Shown: positions 20,423-31,786, counted from the first letter of the stretch. The stretch: 64,000 bases of DNA from Acidobacteriota bacterium (GCA_023265015.1 JAHFUO010000004.1:13492-77491), one strand, 5' to 3'. Notes: generated by a model from the sequence alone, not told the origin. Numbers and translations: made by a program.

Positions 20423-21298
20423 ATGACGCTTTCGCCGGTTCCAGCCAGCGTCTGTTGGACGCGCGAGCCGTGGGGCGCGGCGCTCCGGTGCCGGCCGCTC
20501 GAGGCGATCGCGCAACACCTGTTTACGACGCGACAACTGCAGTTACCGTCCGCCGAAGCCTGGCAGACGCTCGCGCCGTCGCTGGGGGTCGAGACGGACA
20601 GGTTCCTGACGCTCAACCAGGTTCATGGGCGAGAGATCGTCGCAATCCATCGCGGCATCGAGCCCCGCGCGCTGCGGTCGCTGCAGGACCATCGTCCCGA
20701 CGCGGACGGTTTCGTGTCGGGCGCGCCCGACGTGGCACTGGTTATTCGCGTGGCGGATTGTCTTCCGGTGTTCATGGCAGACCGGCGCACCGGCGTGGTG
20801 GCCGCCGTGCACGTCGGCTGGCGCGGTACGGCGGCGCGCGCCGCCGTGGCCGCGAGGCGTGAATGTGGAAGCCGGCCCGCCGATCTGGTCGTCGCGATTG
20901 GCCCTGCGATCGGCGCGTGCTGCTAGGAGGTGGGGACGAAGCCGGCCGAGGCCTTTGCCGCGGCGGGGCACGAGCGCTATCTCATCGATCGCTGGTTTCT
21001 GGCGCCCCCGCCGCCGCGCGGAAGCTTCCGGCCTGCCCTGAACGAAGTCGAAGGGCCCGCCCTGAGCGGACTCGAGGGGCCCGCCCTGAGCGAAGTCGAA
21101 GGGCCCAGGCTGCGGCTGGATCTGCCCGGCGCCAACCGCGATCAACTCGTGCTTGCGGGTGTGTTCGAAGGCAACATCCACGTCGCCGGACTCTGCACGG
21201 CAATGCACCTGGACACCCTGACGTCATATCGCGCTGAAAGAGAGCAGGCTGGCCGTATTGCGGGCGTGATTCGCGCGACAACTGCGGTTAACAGGTAG
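20423..21298 (+). pseudogene. pgeF: PgeF/YfiH (DUF152, purine nucleoside phosphorylase/laccase-domain) gene with in-frame TAG at codon 168
   Basis: NQVHG, DADG, ADCLPV, HVGWRG and GPAIGACC, then TAG (20924-20926), then EVG... and C-terminal CT...SYRAE in the same frame. Confidence 0.8.
21034..21105. repeat. 3 x 24-bp tandem repeat inside pgeF
   Basis: GCCCTGAACGAAGTCGAAGGGCCC, GCCCTGAGCGGACTCGAGGGGCCC and GCCCTGAGCGAAGTCGAAGGGCCC. They encode ALNEVEGP, ALSGLEGP and ALSEVEGP. Confidence 0.9.
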
Positions 21299-21426
21299 CG
21301 CCGCAGCGACCCGGCACAATTCACGCGCCATCCCTGAACGTCCAGCGCATCAATCATTTCCACCGACGACACGTGCTGTCTACTTCCGGCCCCCGGCTTG
21401 CCTTGTCTTTGCGCGCCAGCGCACAG

Positions 21427-21741
21427 ATGGAGGACGCCGTGGTCGTTAAAATCCACCCGAACGACAAGAGCAATCCACCCGGCAAACTTGCCGAAGCAGA
21501 ACTGCATTTCACCGAGGGCGTCCTCGACGGCCTGAAGCTGATTGGCTTCGCGATCTGGGAGCGGCGGACCGGGGGCGGCCGTAACGTCACGTTTCCCGCG
21601 CGCACCTACTCGGTCAACGGCGAGCGGCGAAGCTTCTCGCTGCTCCGTCCGATTGGAGACGCCACGGCGCAGGACCGCGTTCGCGAGCTGATTCTCGAGG
21701 CGTACGCGGAGTTCGAGGAGAAGGCCGCCGTCGCATCGTAG
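21427..21741 (+). CDS. hypothetical protein, tentatively SpoVG-like
   Basis: About 104 aa from MEDAVVVKIHP. Loose resemblance to SpoVG (K.A.A...F.....L.G..V......V.FPAR). The start could also be 21373. Confidence 0.35.
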   Translation: MEDAVVVKIHPNDKSNPPGKLAEAELHFTEGVLDGLKLIGFAIWERRTGGGRNVTFPARTYSVNGERRSFSLLRPIGDATAQDRVRELILEAYAEFEEKAAVAS

Positions 21742-21800
21742 GGCGGCCGTCGCATCGTGGGGCGGCCGTCGCATCGTGGGGCGGCCCTTTACGGGCCGCC
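21724..21800. repeat. 3 x 19-bp tandem repeat plus terminal hairpin
   Basis: GC(C/G)GCCGTCGCATCGT(A/G)GG three times (21724-21780), then GCGGCCC-TTTAC-GGGCCGC (21781-21799), between convergent genes. Confidence 0.85.
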
Positions 21801-21801
21801 T

Positions 21802-23583
21802 TTAATGGACGCGATCCGCGGCCCATGCTCGAGGCGTGTCGCGGTCCGCGGGATCGAACAGGCGCACGCGCGTCTCGTCGCCGAATTCGGCGCGCACCGG
21901 CCAGTCGAGCCGCGCGACCGGTGATGCAGGGAACTTCACCCGCAGATCGGGCGCTTCCCAATCCTCGACCAGCAGGAAGGGATGCCGCCCGATCGCCTGC
22001 ATCGCCGCGAGCGCGGTGTCGAGATCGACGCCGAGCTGATCCCAGCGCAGGATCGGCACGCGCGCGTAGTAGCGGGCGCTCCCGCTCTCCTGCACCGCGA
22101 CGATCACCGCGCCTGGCGGCAACGCGCTTTCGAGGTACTGGCCGGCCATGCGGTAGCGCGACTCGTATCGCCGGAGGTTGAACGCCTGCTCCTGCCGCGC
22201 GCGAGACGTGTTGAGCGAGCAGGCGAGGGTAAGGATCGCCAGCACGACGACACCGCGAAGCGTGGGTGGCAAGCGCATTGCCGCCTTCACAAGGAGGGCG
22301 CCGACGACCACGAACAACAGCGGGAACGCCGGCATCAGGAAACGGAGGTACGACCACTCGGCAAATACCGCGTATGGAAGGTAGGACGCGGTGACGATCG
22401 CGGCAACAAGCAGCGCCAGGAAGAGCGCGCGGCGCGCCGGCGGTGTGTCATCCCGGCCGCGGCGCGCGATCACGATGAGCAGCGCGATCGCCGCGACGCC
22501 AAGTGACGGCGCTTCGCCGTGGAGCAGCCGCGCGCCGTATCCGACAAAGTTCGGCGTGATGTTGCTGGACGCGAACAACTCGCCCACGGAGCCGTAACCG
22601 GAGCGCAGCGGGTTTCCGTAGAGACGCCACTGCATCAGCACGATCGCGCCGAGGGCCGGCATGATGCCGGCGGCGAACGCAAGAAGATTCTGCGGTCGAA
22701 GACGCCGGCGATCGTCGCGTGGCCAGCCGATCACCGCGAGCGCGACGATGGCGGCGACCGGCGCGAGGTTCGGGCGGGTCAGCATCGCCAGTCCGCTGGC
22801 GGCGCCGGCCGCAAGCGGCGACCCGGGCACGGGCGACAGCGCAAAGACGAACGCCAGCGCCCACCACGCCGTGACGGCGACGTCGCTCATCGGCTGGACG
22901 AGCTGAAACAGAAAGATCGGGCTCGTCGCGAGGAGCGCCGCGGCAATCACTCCGCTCGGGCGCGCGTGAAGCCGCGTCCCGAGCGCGTAGGTGCACAACA
23001 CGGCCAGCGCGCCCAGGAACGGCACGACCAGGTACGCGGCCAGCTCGCCGAACACCAGGCGGAACGGCGCGATCGACAGCGGCAGACCGGCTGGATAGGT
23101 CGGCGCCAGCTCACCGGGCGTGCTGCCCGGTCGATAGCCAAGCGGCGTGAACGCCCACGTGGCGTTCGGCCACTCCACGCGCCGCGCCAGCGGCTCATCG
23201 TCCGTGATGCGCGCCGACGCGAGGAGCCGCGCCTCGCTGATGTACCCGGACGCGTCCGAGCCGGATGCGGCGTAGGTGCCGTTCGCGATGCCGATGCCGG
23301 CCGTTGCGGCGGCGATCACGATCGCGAGCGCCGGCGCATGGTCATCGACGAACCGCCAGGTTGACGAGAAGGCGTCGAGAAGCGCCGTGTCAAGAAGCGC
23401 CGCGCGGCCGGACAGTGCCGCCACGCCGAACGCGGCGAGCGCAGCGACGAGAGGTCCGCGCCAGTTGTGCGCGGCGAAGTACAGCGGTCCCGCATGAACG
23501 GTGAAGCCGCCGGTGACGGAGACGACGATCAGGAGGAGGAAAGCGCAGGTGCCCACCCCGACCAGCAGGCGCGCGGGAAGCAC
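21802..23583 (-). CDS. polytopic membrane protein, GT-C-type (ArnT/PMT-like) glycosyltransferase candidate
   Basis: 593 aa with more than 10 hydrophobic segments and a soluble C-terminal domain. The family assignment comes from architecture only. Confidence 0.45.
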   Translation of the reverse strand: MLPARLLVGVGTCAFLLLIVVSVTGGFTVHAGPLYFAAHNWRGPLVAALAAFGVAALSGRAALLDTALLDAFSSTWRFVDDHAPALAIVIAAATAGIGIANGTYAASGSDASGYISEARLLASARITDDEPLARRVEWPNATWAFTPLGYRPGSTPGELAPTYPAGLPLSIAPFRLVFGELAAYLVVPFLGALAVLCTYALGTRLHARPSGVIAAALLATSPIFLFQLVQPMSDVAVTAWWALAFVFALSPVPGSPLAAGAASGLAMLTRPNLAPVAAIVALAVIGWPRDDRRRLRPQNLLAFAAGIMPALGAIVLMQWRLYGNPLRSGYGSVGELFASSNITPNFVGYGARLLHGEAPSLGVAAIALLIVIARRGRDDTPPARRALFLALLVAAIVTASYLPYAVFAEWSYLRFLMPAFPLLFVVVGALLVKAAMRLPPTLRGVVVLAILTLACSLNTSRARQEQAFNLRRYESRYRMAGQYLESALPPGAVIVAVQESGSARYYARVPILRWDQLGVDLDTALAAMQAIGRHPFLLVEDWEAPDLRVKFPASPVARLDWPVRAEFGDETRVRLFDPADRDTPRAWAADRVH

Positions 23584-25328
23584 TACTGCAGCACCGGCAG
23601 CAGGCGGGCGTTCTCCTTCTGCCGTTTCGGGGGCAGCGTCGACTCCTCGCGGAGCGACTTGTCGAACTCGGCGCGGAAGAAGCTGTCCTTGAGGCCGCCG
23701 TCGATGATGTCCCAGGGCAGCACGGTGTCAGCGGAGCGGTCGCGGAAGACGAAGAAGTGCGCGTCGACGCCGACCTCGGCTACGGCCGCGCGCCAGTTGC
23801 CGCCGTTGCGCTCCGCCGCTTCGATCGCGGGAGCCACGCGCCGATCGCCGAGCGACAGCAGCGCCTGGTAGAACGAATGCCTCTCCGACTTGATGTTGAA
23901 GTACACGTTGTCGATGCCGGCGGTCAGGCTGCGCATCCGCTGGATCTTCCGCTCGATCGACTTGTCGTCTTCCATCGGCAGCCACTGGTAGGCGGTGCCG
24001 GGCTTGGGTACGAGCGGGTTCACGCTCCCCACGATCCGTCCGACGTGCCCCCGCCCCTTCGCGTGGCGCATCATCGTCTCGCGCAGCTGCAGCGTGAGAT
24101 CGCGGATGGCGACCAGGTCGTCATCGGTCTCGGTCGGCAGCGCGATCATGTAGTACAGCTTCAGGTTCTCGAACCCGGTCGCGAAGATCATCTCCGCGGC
24201 CGCGAGGATTTCCTCGTTGGTGATCGTCTTGTTGATCACGCGGCGCAGCCGATCGGATCCGGTTTCGGGCGCAATCGTGATCGTGCGCTCGCCGCTCTCG
24301 CGCAGCAGCCGCAGGATCGTCGGCGTGAGATCGTCGAGCCGCAGCGACGCGGGGCTGATCGAGTAGCCCATCTCGACGAGCCGCGTCAGGATCTCTTCGA
24401 TCTCGGGGTGATCGCACAGCGCAATCGAGACCAGCCCGACGCGATCCGAGTGGCGCCGCGCGTTCTCCGCGAGCTGCAGGATGCGGTCCTTCGGAAACGC
24501 GCGTACCGGCAGGTAGTTGTAGCCCGCCCAGCAGAAGCGGCACAGGTTCGCGCAGCCGCGGACGATTTCCACCAGGAAGCGCGAGCCGAACTCCGTCTCG
24601 GGCGTGAAGATCGTGGTGGCGGGTGGATCAACGGCATCCGTCGTGCGCAGCGCCGCCTTTTTGACCGTCGCGGGCGCGTCGGTGCCGGGCTTCGGAACGA
24701 AGGCGTCGATCGTCCCGTCTTCGCGGTACCGCACCTCGTAGAAGGACGGCACGTAGAATCCGCGCACCGCCGACAGGCGTCGAAGCAGGTCCCCGCGATC
24801 GGACGCGGCCTTGAAGGCGGTGACGAGCGGCGGAATCAGCGCCTCGCCTTCGCCTGCCGCGATGACGTCGGCAAACAGCGCGAGCGGCTCTGGATTCACG
24901 AATGTCACGGCCCCGCCGATCATCACCAGCGGATCGCGGTGCGTGCGCGTCTCCGCGCGCGGCTTGAGGCCGGCGAGCCGCAGCAGCGTGAGGACGTTCG
25001 TGTAGTCCCACTCGAACGACACCGAAAACGCGAAGACATCGAAGTCGCCGACCGGCGTCTGCGATTCGAGCGTCAGCAACGGCGTGCCGCTCGCCAGCTG
25101 CGCGGCCAGCTCCGTCTTCGGGGGCAGGAACACCCGCTCGCAGACGATGTCGTCTTCGGCGTTGAACAGCGTGTAGACCGTCTGGAAGCCGAGGTTCGAC
25201 ATCGCGACGAAATACGTGTTCGGAAACGCGAGCGCCACGCGCAGGCGGCCGCCGTGCGGCTTCGACACGTAGCCCACCTCCTTCGAGAGGATCTGCCGGG
25301 CGCGCTCACGCTGCTGCCACATTGTCAT
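23583..25328 (-). CDS. B12-binding-domain radical SAM protein (TIGR03960-like)
   Basis: 581 aa. CxxxCxxC cluster motif in VRGCANLCRFCWAG. Confidence 0.75.
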   Translation of the reverse strand: MTMWQQRERARQILSKEVGYVSKPHGGRLRVALAFPNTYFVAMSNLGFQTVYTLFNAEDDIVCERVFLPPKTELAAQLASGTPLLTLESQTPVGDFDVFAFSVSFEWDYTNVLTLLRLAGLKPRAETRTHRDPLVMIGGAVTFVNPEPLALFADVIAAGEGEALIPPLVTAFKAASDRGDLLRRLSAVRGFYVPSFYEVRYREDGTIDAFVPKPGTDAPATVKKAALRTTDAVDPPATTIFTPETEFGSRFLVEIVRGCANLCRFCWAGYNYLPVRAFPKDRILQLAENARRHSDRVGLVSIALCDHPEIEEILTRLVEMGYSISPASLRLDDLTPTILRLLRESGERTITIAPETGSDRLRRVINKTITNEEILAAAEMIFATGFENLKLYYMIALPTETDDDLVAIRDLTLQLRETMMRHAKGRGHVGRIVGSVNPLVPKPGTAYQWLPMEDDKSIERKIQRMRSLTAGIDNVYFNIKSERHSFYQALLSLGDRRVAPAIEAAERNGGNWRAAVAEVGVDAHFFVFRDRSADTVLPWDIIDGGLKDSFFRAEFDKSLREESTLPPKRQKENARLLPVLQ

Positions 25329-25492
25329 GGAAATGATTGACGCGCGGGAGCTCGTACGTGTCGTCGAGCTCCGCCGGAGGCGTTCGCGGGTTCCGGGCGT
25401 CTACTTAGTCTACGGCATCCGCGCGAACCCCAAGGGTTCGCGCCGCACACCGCGATACCTCTCCGCCGAAGCCTTGGCGGAGGCGGACCGGC

Positions 25493-26779
25493 CTAATTCT
25501 GCCTGCGCAGAAACGCGGGCACGTCGAATGGCGACGAGAGATCGAGGCCGCCCTCATCGGCCGGGACCGGCCCGGTCGCCCCGTGTGCCAGCGGCAGCGA
25601 CAGCTCGAGCGCAGGCCGGCGGTTCACCGTGAGCGGCGGCAGCATGATGCCGCTCGACGGTTGGGCAGGAGCCATCTGCATCACCGGCTCCGCCTGCGAG
25701 CCCTCGGCACGCGCCAGATGCGTGGTGTAGCTGGCGAGATCCACCGGTGTCGGCAGCGCCGCCGCGGGAACCGTCCGCGTGCTGCCCTTGCGATCGAAGC
25801 CGGTCGCGATCACGGTGATCTTCACCCTGCCCGTGAGGTTCGGATCGATCACGGCGCCGAAGATGATGTTCGCATCCTCGTGCGCCGACTCCTGGATCAC
25901 GCACGAGGCTTCGTTGACCTCCATCAGCGACATGTCGGGACCACCGGTCACGTTGATGATCACGCCGCGCGCGCCGTTGACGGAATTGTCTTCGAGCAGC
26001 GGGCTCGACACCGCTCGCTGCGCCGCCTGCATCGCGCGGCCCTCGCCGTCCGCGACGCCGGTGCCCATCATCGCCACGCCCATGCCGGACATGATCGTCT
26101 TCACGTCGGCGAAGTCCAGGTTGATCAGCCCGGGCACCAGGATCAGATCCGAGATCCCCTGGATGGCCTGGCGCAGCACGTCGTCCGCCATCTCGAACGC
26201 CTCGGTCATCGTCGTCCGCCGGTCGACGACCGCCAGCAGGCGCTCGTTGGGGATCGTGATGATCGTGTCGACGCACTCGCGCAGCGCGTCGAGGCCGTTT
26301 TCCGCGTGCATCGCGCGCTGCCTGCCCTCGAACTTGAACGGCTTCGTGACAACACCAATCGTGAGCGCGCCGAGCTCGCTGGCAAGGCTGGCGATGACCG
26401 GCGCGGCGCCTGTGCCGGTGCCGCCGCCGAGGCCGGTCGTGACGAAGACCATGTCGGCGCCGGAGAGCGCGTGGATGATCATGTCGGTGTCCTCGAGCGC
26501 CGCCTGCCGCCCGATGTTCGGATCCGCGCCCGCGCCAAGCCCCTTCGTCAGCTTCTTTCCGAGCTGAAGCTTGACCTCCGCCCTGCTGTGGTCCAGTGCC
26601 TGGGCATCGGTGTTCGCGACGATGAACTCGACGCCGCTGAGGCCGACCTCGACCATGCGGTTCACGGCATTGCTGCCGCCGCCGCCGACACCGATCACCT
26701 TGATCTTCGCGCCTCGCCTCGCTCCGGGATCGAGCGTCAACCGCAGCTCCTGTGCGTCGCCCGCATCGGGTTGCCTCAT
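25493..26779 (-). CDS. ftsZ: cell division GTPase FtsZ
   Basis: [13 protein letters not shown] and [15 protein letters not shown]. Confidence 0.95.
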   Translation of the reverse strand: MRQPDAGDAQELRLTLDPGARRGAKIKVIGVGGGGSNAVNRMVEVGLSGVEFIVANTDAQALDHSRAEVKLQLGKKLTKGLGAGADPNIGRQAALEDTDMIIHALSGADMVFVTTGLGGGTGTGAAPVIASLASELGALTIGVVTKPFKFEGRQRAMHAENGLDALRECVDTIITIPNERLLAVVDRRTTMTEAFEMADDVLRQAIQGISDLILVPGLINLDFADVKTIMSGMGVAMMGTGVADGEGRAMQAAQRAVSSPLLEDNSVNGARGVIINVTGGPDMSLMEVNEASCVIQESAHEDANIIFGAVIDPNLTGRVKITVIATGFDRKGSTRTVPAAALPTPVDLASYTTHLARAEGSQAEPVMQMAPAQPSSGIMLPPLTVNRRPALELSLPLAHGATGPVPADEGGLDLSSPFDVPAFLRRQN

Positions 26780-26797
26780 ACGTGGCCTCCTGCCTGT

Positions 26798-28030
26798 TCA
26801 GAAAAATTCTTTGAAGATTCCCCGAAGCCTGCCGGCCATCCTGCCGAATGCGCCGGCGCCGACCCGCGCCGCGTCCGGCTCGCGGTTGCGATGCGCATAG
26901 AGCACGAGCCCCACCGGCGTTGCGAACGTCGGGCTGTTCACGTGATCGGCCAGCCCGCCGATATCCATCGGCGACCCGCGTCGAATTGGAAGATCGAAAA
27001 TCTGTTCCGCGATTTCCGGCATACCTTCAAGGATCGAGCCGCCGCCGGTGAGCACGATGCCGGAGTTGAGCGCCTTCTCATAGCCCGCGCGGCGGATCTC
27101 GTCCCAGACGAGATGGAAGATCTCTTCCGCGCGCGGCTGGAGAATCTCCGAGAGGATCCGGCGCGCCATCAGCCGCGGCTTGCGGCCGCCGACGCTGGCC
27201 ACCTCGATGGTCTCGTCCTCGTCGACCATCGATGACAACGCGCACCCGTTCTTCCGTTTGACCTTCTCCGCATCGGGGATCGGCGTGCGCAGGCCCACCG
27301 CGATGTCGCTGGTGAAGTGATCGCCGCCGACGGCAACGACCCCGGTGTGCCAGAGGCTGCCGCGCTCGAAGATCGCCAGGTCGGCGGTCCCGCCGCCGAT
27401 GTCGACGAGCGCCACTCCGAGCTCCTTCTCGTCCCGCGTGAGCACCGACTCGGACGCCGCGAGCTGCTCGATGACCGTGTCGGCCACGTTGACGCCCGCG
27501 CGGTTGACGCACGCGATCAGGTTCTGTGTCGACGAGACCGCGCCGGTGACGATGTGGACGTTGACCTCGAGGCGCGCGCCCGTCATGCTCACCGGGGCGC
27601 CGATGCCGTCCTGCTCGTCGACCACGAAGTCCTGCGGCAGCACGTGCAGGATCTCGCGTCCCGTCGGAAGCGCCACGGCCTTGGCCGCATCGATCGCGCG
27701 CCGCACATCGTCGCGGGTGATCTCGCGGTTCTTGCCGGCGACCGCGATCACGCCGCGGCTGTTGAAGCCCTTGATGTGCGGGCCCGACAGCGCGAGGTGC
27801 ACCGAGTCGATCTCGACGCCTGCCATCAGCTCGGCTTCCTCGATCGCCGTCTTGATCGAATCAACCGCGGCATCGACGTTCACGACGACGCCGCGCTTGA
27901 TGCCGCGCGACTCGGCGACGCCGATCCCCACGATGTCGAGGGTGCCGTCATCGAGGCTCTCGCCCACGACGGCCGTGACGCGCGACGTGCCCACGTCGAG
28001 ACCCACCAGATATCGCTCCCTTCGCGCCAC
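26798..28030 (-). CDS. ftsA: cell division protein FtsA
   Basis: Actin-like ATPase. VGLDVGTSRV and DIGGGTADLAIF. Lies directly upstream of ftsZ. Confidence 0.9.
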   Translation of the reverse strand: MARRERYLVGLDVGTSRVTAVVGESLDDGTLDIVGIGVAESRGIKRGVVVNVDAAVDSIKTAIEEAELMAGVEIDSVHLALSGPHIKGFNSRGVIAVAGKNREITRDDVRRAIDAAKAVALPTGREILHVLPQDFVVDEQDGIGAPVSMTGARLEVNVHIVTGAVSSTQNLIACVNRAGVNVADTVIEQLAASESVLTRDEKELGVALVDIGGGTADLAIFERGSLWHTGVVAVGGDHFTSDIAVGLRTPIPDAEKVKRKNGCALSSMVDEDETIEVASVGGRKPRLMARRILSEILQPRAEEIFHLVWDEIRRAGYEKALNSGIVLTGGGSILEGMPEIAEQIFDLPIRRGSPMDIGGLADHVNSPTFATPVGLVLYAHRNREPDAARVGAGAFGRMAGRLRGIFKEFF

Positions 28031-28113
28031 TTAGTCCTCCGTTCGCCGGGTCCGCTTCGCGGCACCCGGCCTACGTACGTGGGGCGGGTCCGGCCGAAGG
28101 CCGACCCGCCGCA

Positions 28114-28928
28114 TTACTTTCGCTGCGGCCGGACGTACACCCGTTCATCAAACCGCAGGTCCACATAGTCAATCGCCGGAATCCGTTCACGCAGCGCCGG
28201 GACGAGATCGAGGTACGACTGCAGCCGCTCGGCGAACTGGTCGTTGCCGACGCGTACGAGCGCGGTGTCCCCCTTGAGCAGCAGCACCGCATCGCGCACG
28301 TCGCTGACATCGATCTGGGAGATGCGTTTCGCGAGGTCGGGTCTCGTCTGCAGCGCGGCGAGTACGCGCGACGCGAGCCCGGCCCTCGCGTCGTCGATGA
28401 GCGGGCCGTTGTCGCGCGGCGGCGCCGCCAGACCGTCGATGATCGGCAGGTCGAACTCGGCGTAGTTGGGGCCGAACTGGTCGATGATGCCGCCGCGGTC
28501 GTCGATCAGATAGAGGTCGTCGCCGACCCGCCCGATGCCCATCGGCTGCCGCTCGGAGATCGCGACGGCCACCATTCCGGGCAGCACGCGGCGAATGGCC
28601 GCGTCCGCCACCCACGGCGAGCTCAGAAGCTTCTGGCGCCACGCCTCGAGATCGACCGTCACCATGTTGGTCCCGCGCAGCCCATCGAGCAGCGCGACAA
28701 CCTCGCCGCGCGACAGGCGGGAGTTGCCGCTCACGTTGATGCGTGTGATCGTGAGCGCTTCGGCCGAGAGGACGAGCAACGTCAGGCGGTAGCCCGCGTA
28801 GAGGATGAGCGCCAGAAGCACCGCCGCGCGCCACGCGTTGCGCCACGAGAACGCGAAGAACCGCGTCCTGCGGGCGGGAGCCACGTGGGCGCGGCGGAAG
28901 CGCTTGTCGGCAGGCGCGGCAACCGGCA

Positions 28929-28929
<1 letters not shown>
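28114..28929 (-). CDS. ftsQ: cell division protein FtsQ
   Basis: Single N-terminal TM plus a POTRA-like region. Position between murC and ftsA. The start overlaps the murC stop by 1 nt. Confidence 0.8.
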
Positions 28930-30341
<1,412 letters not shown>

Positions 30342-30421
30342 GGGGTCGGGAGTCATTACGAGAATCGAAACGTCCTCGTCGTCGGTGCCTAGTTTCGATT
30401 CCCGTAATGACTCCCGACCCC
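30342..30421. repeat. 80-bp palindromic element (copy B), same family as 9278-9358
   Basis: Arms GGGGTCGGGAGTCATTACGAGAATCGAAA (30342-30370) and TTTCGATTCCCGTAATGACTCCCGACCCC (30393-30421) with 1 mismatch. The loop differs from copy A. Confidence 0.9.
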
Positions 30422-31504
30422 TTATCCCGCCAGCTCCAGCACCTTGTCGACGATCACCTTCGCGGCGTCCGGTTTTGCCAGCCGCCGCGCCGCGGCGCTC
30501 ATGCTCGATCGCTCCGTCTCGTTTGCCGCGAGCGCGATGATCTGCGCCGCCAGGAGCCGGCCGGTCAGCGCGTGCTGCTCGATCATCCGCGCCGCCCCGC
30601 GCGTCACCAGCGCCTCCGCGTTCCTGCGCTGGTGATCATCAGTCGCCGTCGGGAGCGGCACGAGAATCGACGGCCGGCCTGCCGCCGTCAGCTCCGCCAG
30701 CGTGGTGGCGCCGGCGCGGCAGACGACGAGATCGGCCTGCTTCATCTCGCGGTCGATGGCGAACAGGAACGGCTCGACCCTGGCCTCGAGGCCAGCGCGC
30801 TTGTATGCATCGCGGACCATTTCCAGATCGCGCTCTCCCGTCTGATGCGTGATCGCCATTCGTGGGGCGGCGGCAGCCAGCCGCGCCGCTGCCTCCACCA
30901 TGGCCATGTTGATCGCGTGCGCGCCCTGAGAGCCGCCAAAGACTAGGACCCGAGCCGCCCCTGGCGGCGAACCGTTTTCATCATTTACGCCTCCGAAGAA
31001 TTCCGGCCGGACCGGATTGCCTGCCACGAACGCGCGCCCCGCGAAGAAGCGGGCGCTCTCCCCGTAGGTCACCGCCGCCGCCTTCACCACGCGCGCGAGA
31101 AGACGGTTGGTGACGCCGGGCATGGCGTTCTGCTCCATGAGCATCGTTGGAACCCCGCGCAGCGCCGCGAGCAGCACGACAGGTCCCGAGCTGTAGCCGC
31201 CAACGCCGATGACAATCGACGGCTGCCGCCGCGAGATCACGCGCCAGGCGTCGATGGCGCTGGCGGGAAGGAGCGCGATCCCCCGCGCGAGCGCCGCCGG
31301 CGATTTGCCTTTCAGTCCCGCGCTGCGAATCGTGTCGAGCGCGAACCCTTCGCGGGGAATCACGCGCGCTTCGATCCCAGCCGCCGTGCCGACAAAGACG
31401 ACATCCGCGTCGGGCACGCGCGCGACCAGCACGCGCGCCACCGCGATGCCGGGATACAGGTGACCACCCGTCCCGCCGCCGGCAATCAACACGCACAAAC
31501 TCAC
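30422..31504 (-). CDS. murG: undecaprenyldiphospho-muramoylpentapeptide beta-N-acetylglucosaminyltransferase
   Basis: GGTGGHLYPGIAVA, plus dcw context. Confidence 0.9.
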   Translation of the reverse strand: MSLCVLIAGGGTGGHLYPGIAVARVLVARVPDADVVFVGTAAGIEARVIPREGFALDTIRSAGLKGKSPAALARGIALLPASAIDAWRVISRRQPSIVIGVGGYSSGPVVLLAALRGVPTMLMEQNAMPGVTNRLLARVVKAAAVTYGESARFFAGRAFVAGNPVRPEFFGGVNDENGSPPGAARVLVFGGSQGAHAINMAMVEAAARLAAAAPRMAITHQTGERDLEMVRDAYKRAGLEARVEPFLFAIDREMKQADLVVCRAGATTLAELTAAGRPSILVPLPTATDDHQRRNAEALVTRGAARMIEQHALTGRLLAAQIIALAANETERSSMSAAARRLAKPDAAKVIVDKVLELAG

Positions 31505-31511
31505 TCATACT

Positions 31512-31786
31512 CCCGTGCGATGGTGCGACGGTGCGAATCGTGCGACGGTGCGTCCGACGGTGCGGCGTGCGACGGTGCGTCCGACCGTGCGGTGAGCGAC
31601 GGTGCGATAGTCGGTGAGAGGTGCGACGGTTCGGCAGCCAGTGTGACGTTCGGTTCGCACCCTCGCACCCACTGTCGCACCGTGCCACCCTCGCACCCTC
31701 GCACCCACTGTCGCGTGCCACTCTCGCACCGTCGGACGCACCCTCGCACCCTTGCACCGTCGCACCGTCGCACCGCAGGTTCCGGT
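31512..31786. repeat. ~275-bp imperfect inverted repeat built from GTGCGACGG / CCGTCGCAC-type short repeats
   Basis: The left half carries many GGTGCGA(C/T)GG units. The right half carries CCTCGCACC and CACCGTCGCAC units. It fills the ftsW-murG spacer. Confidence 0.85.
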
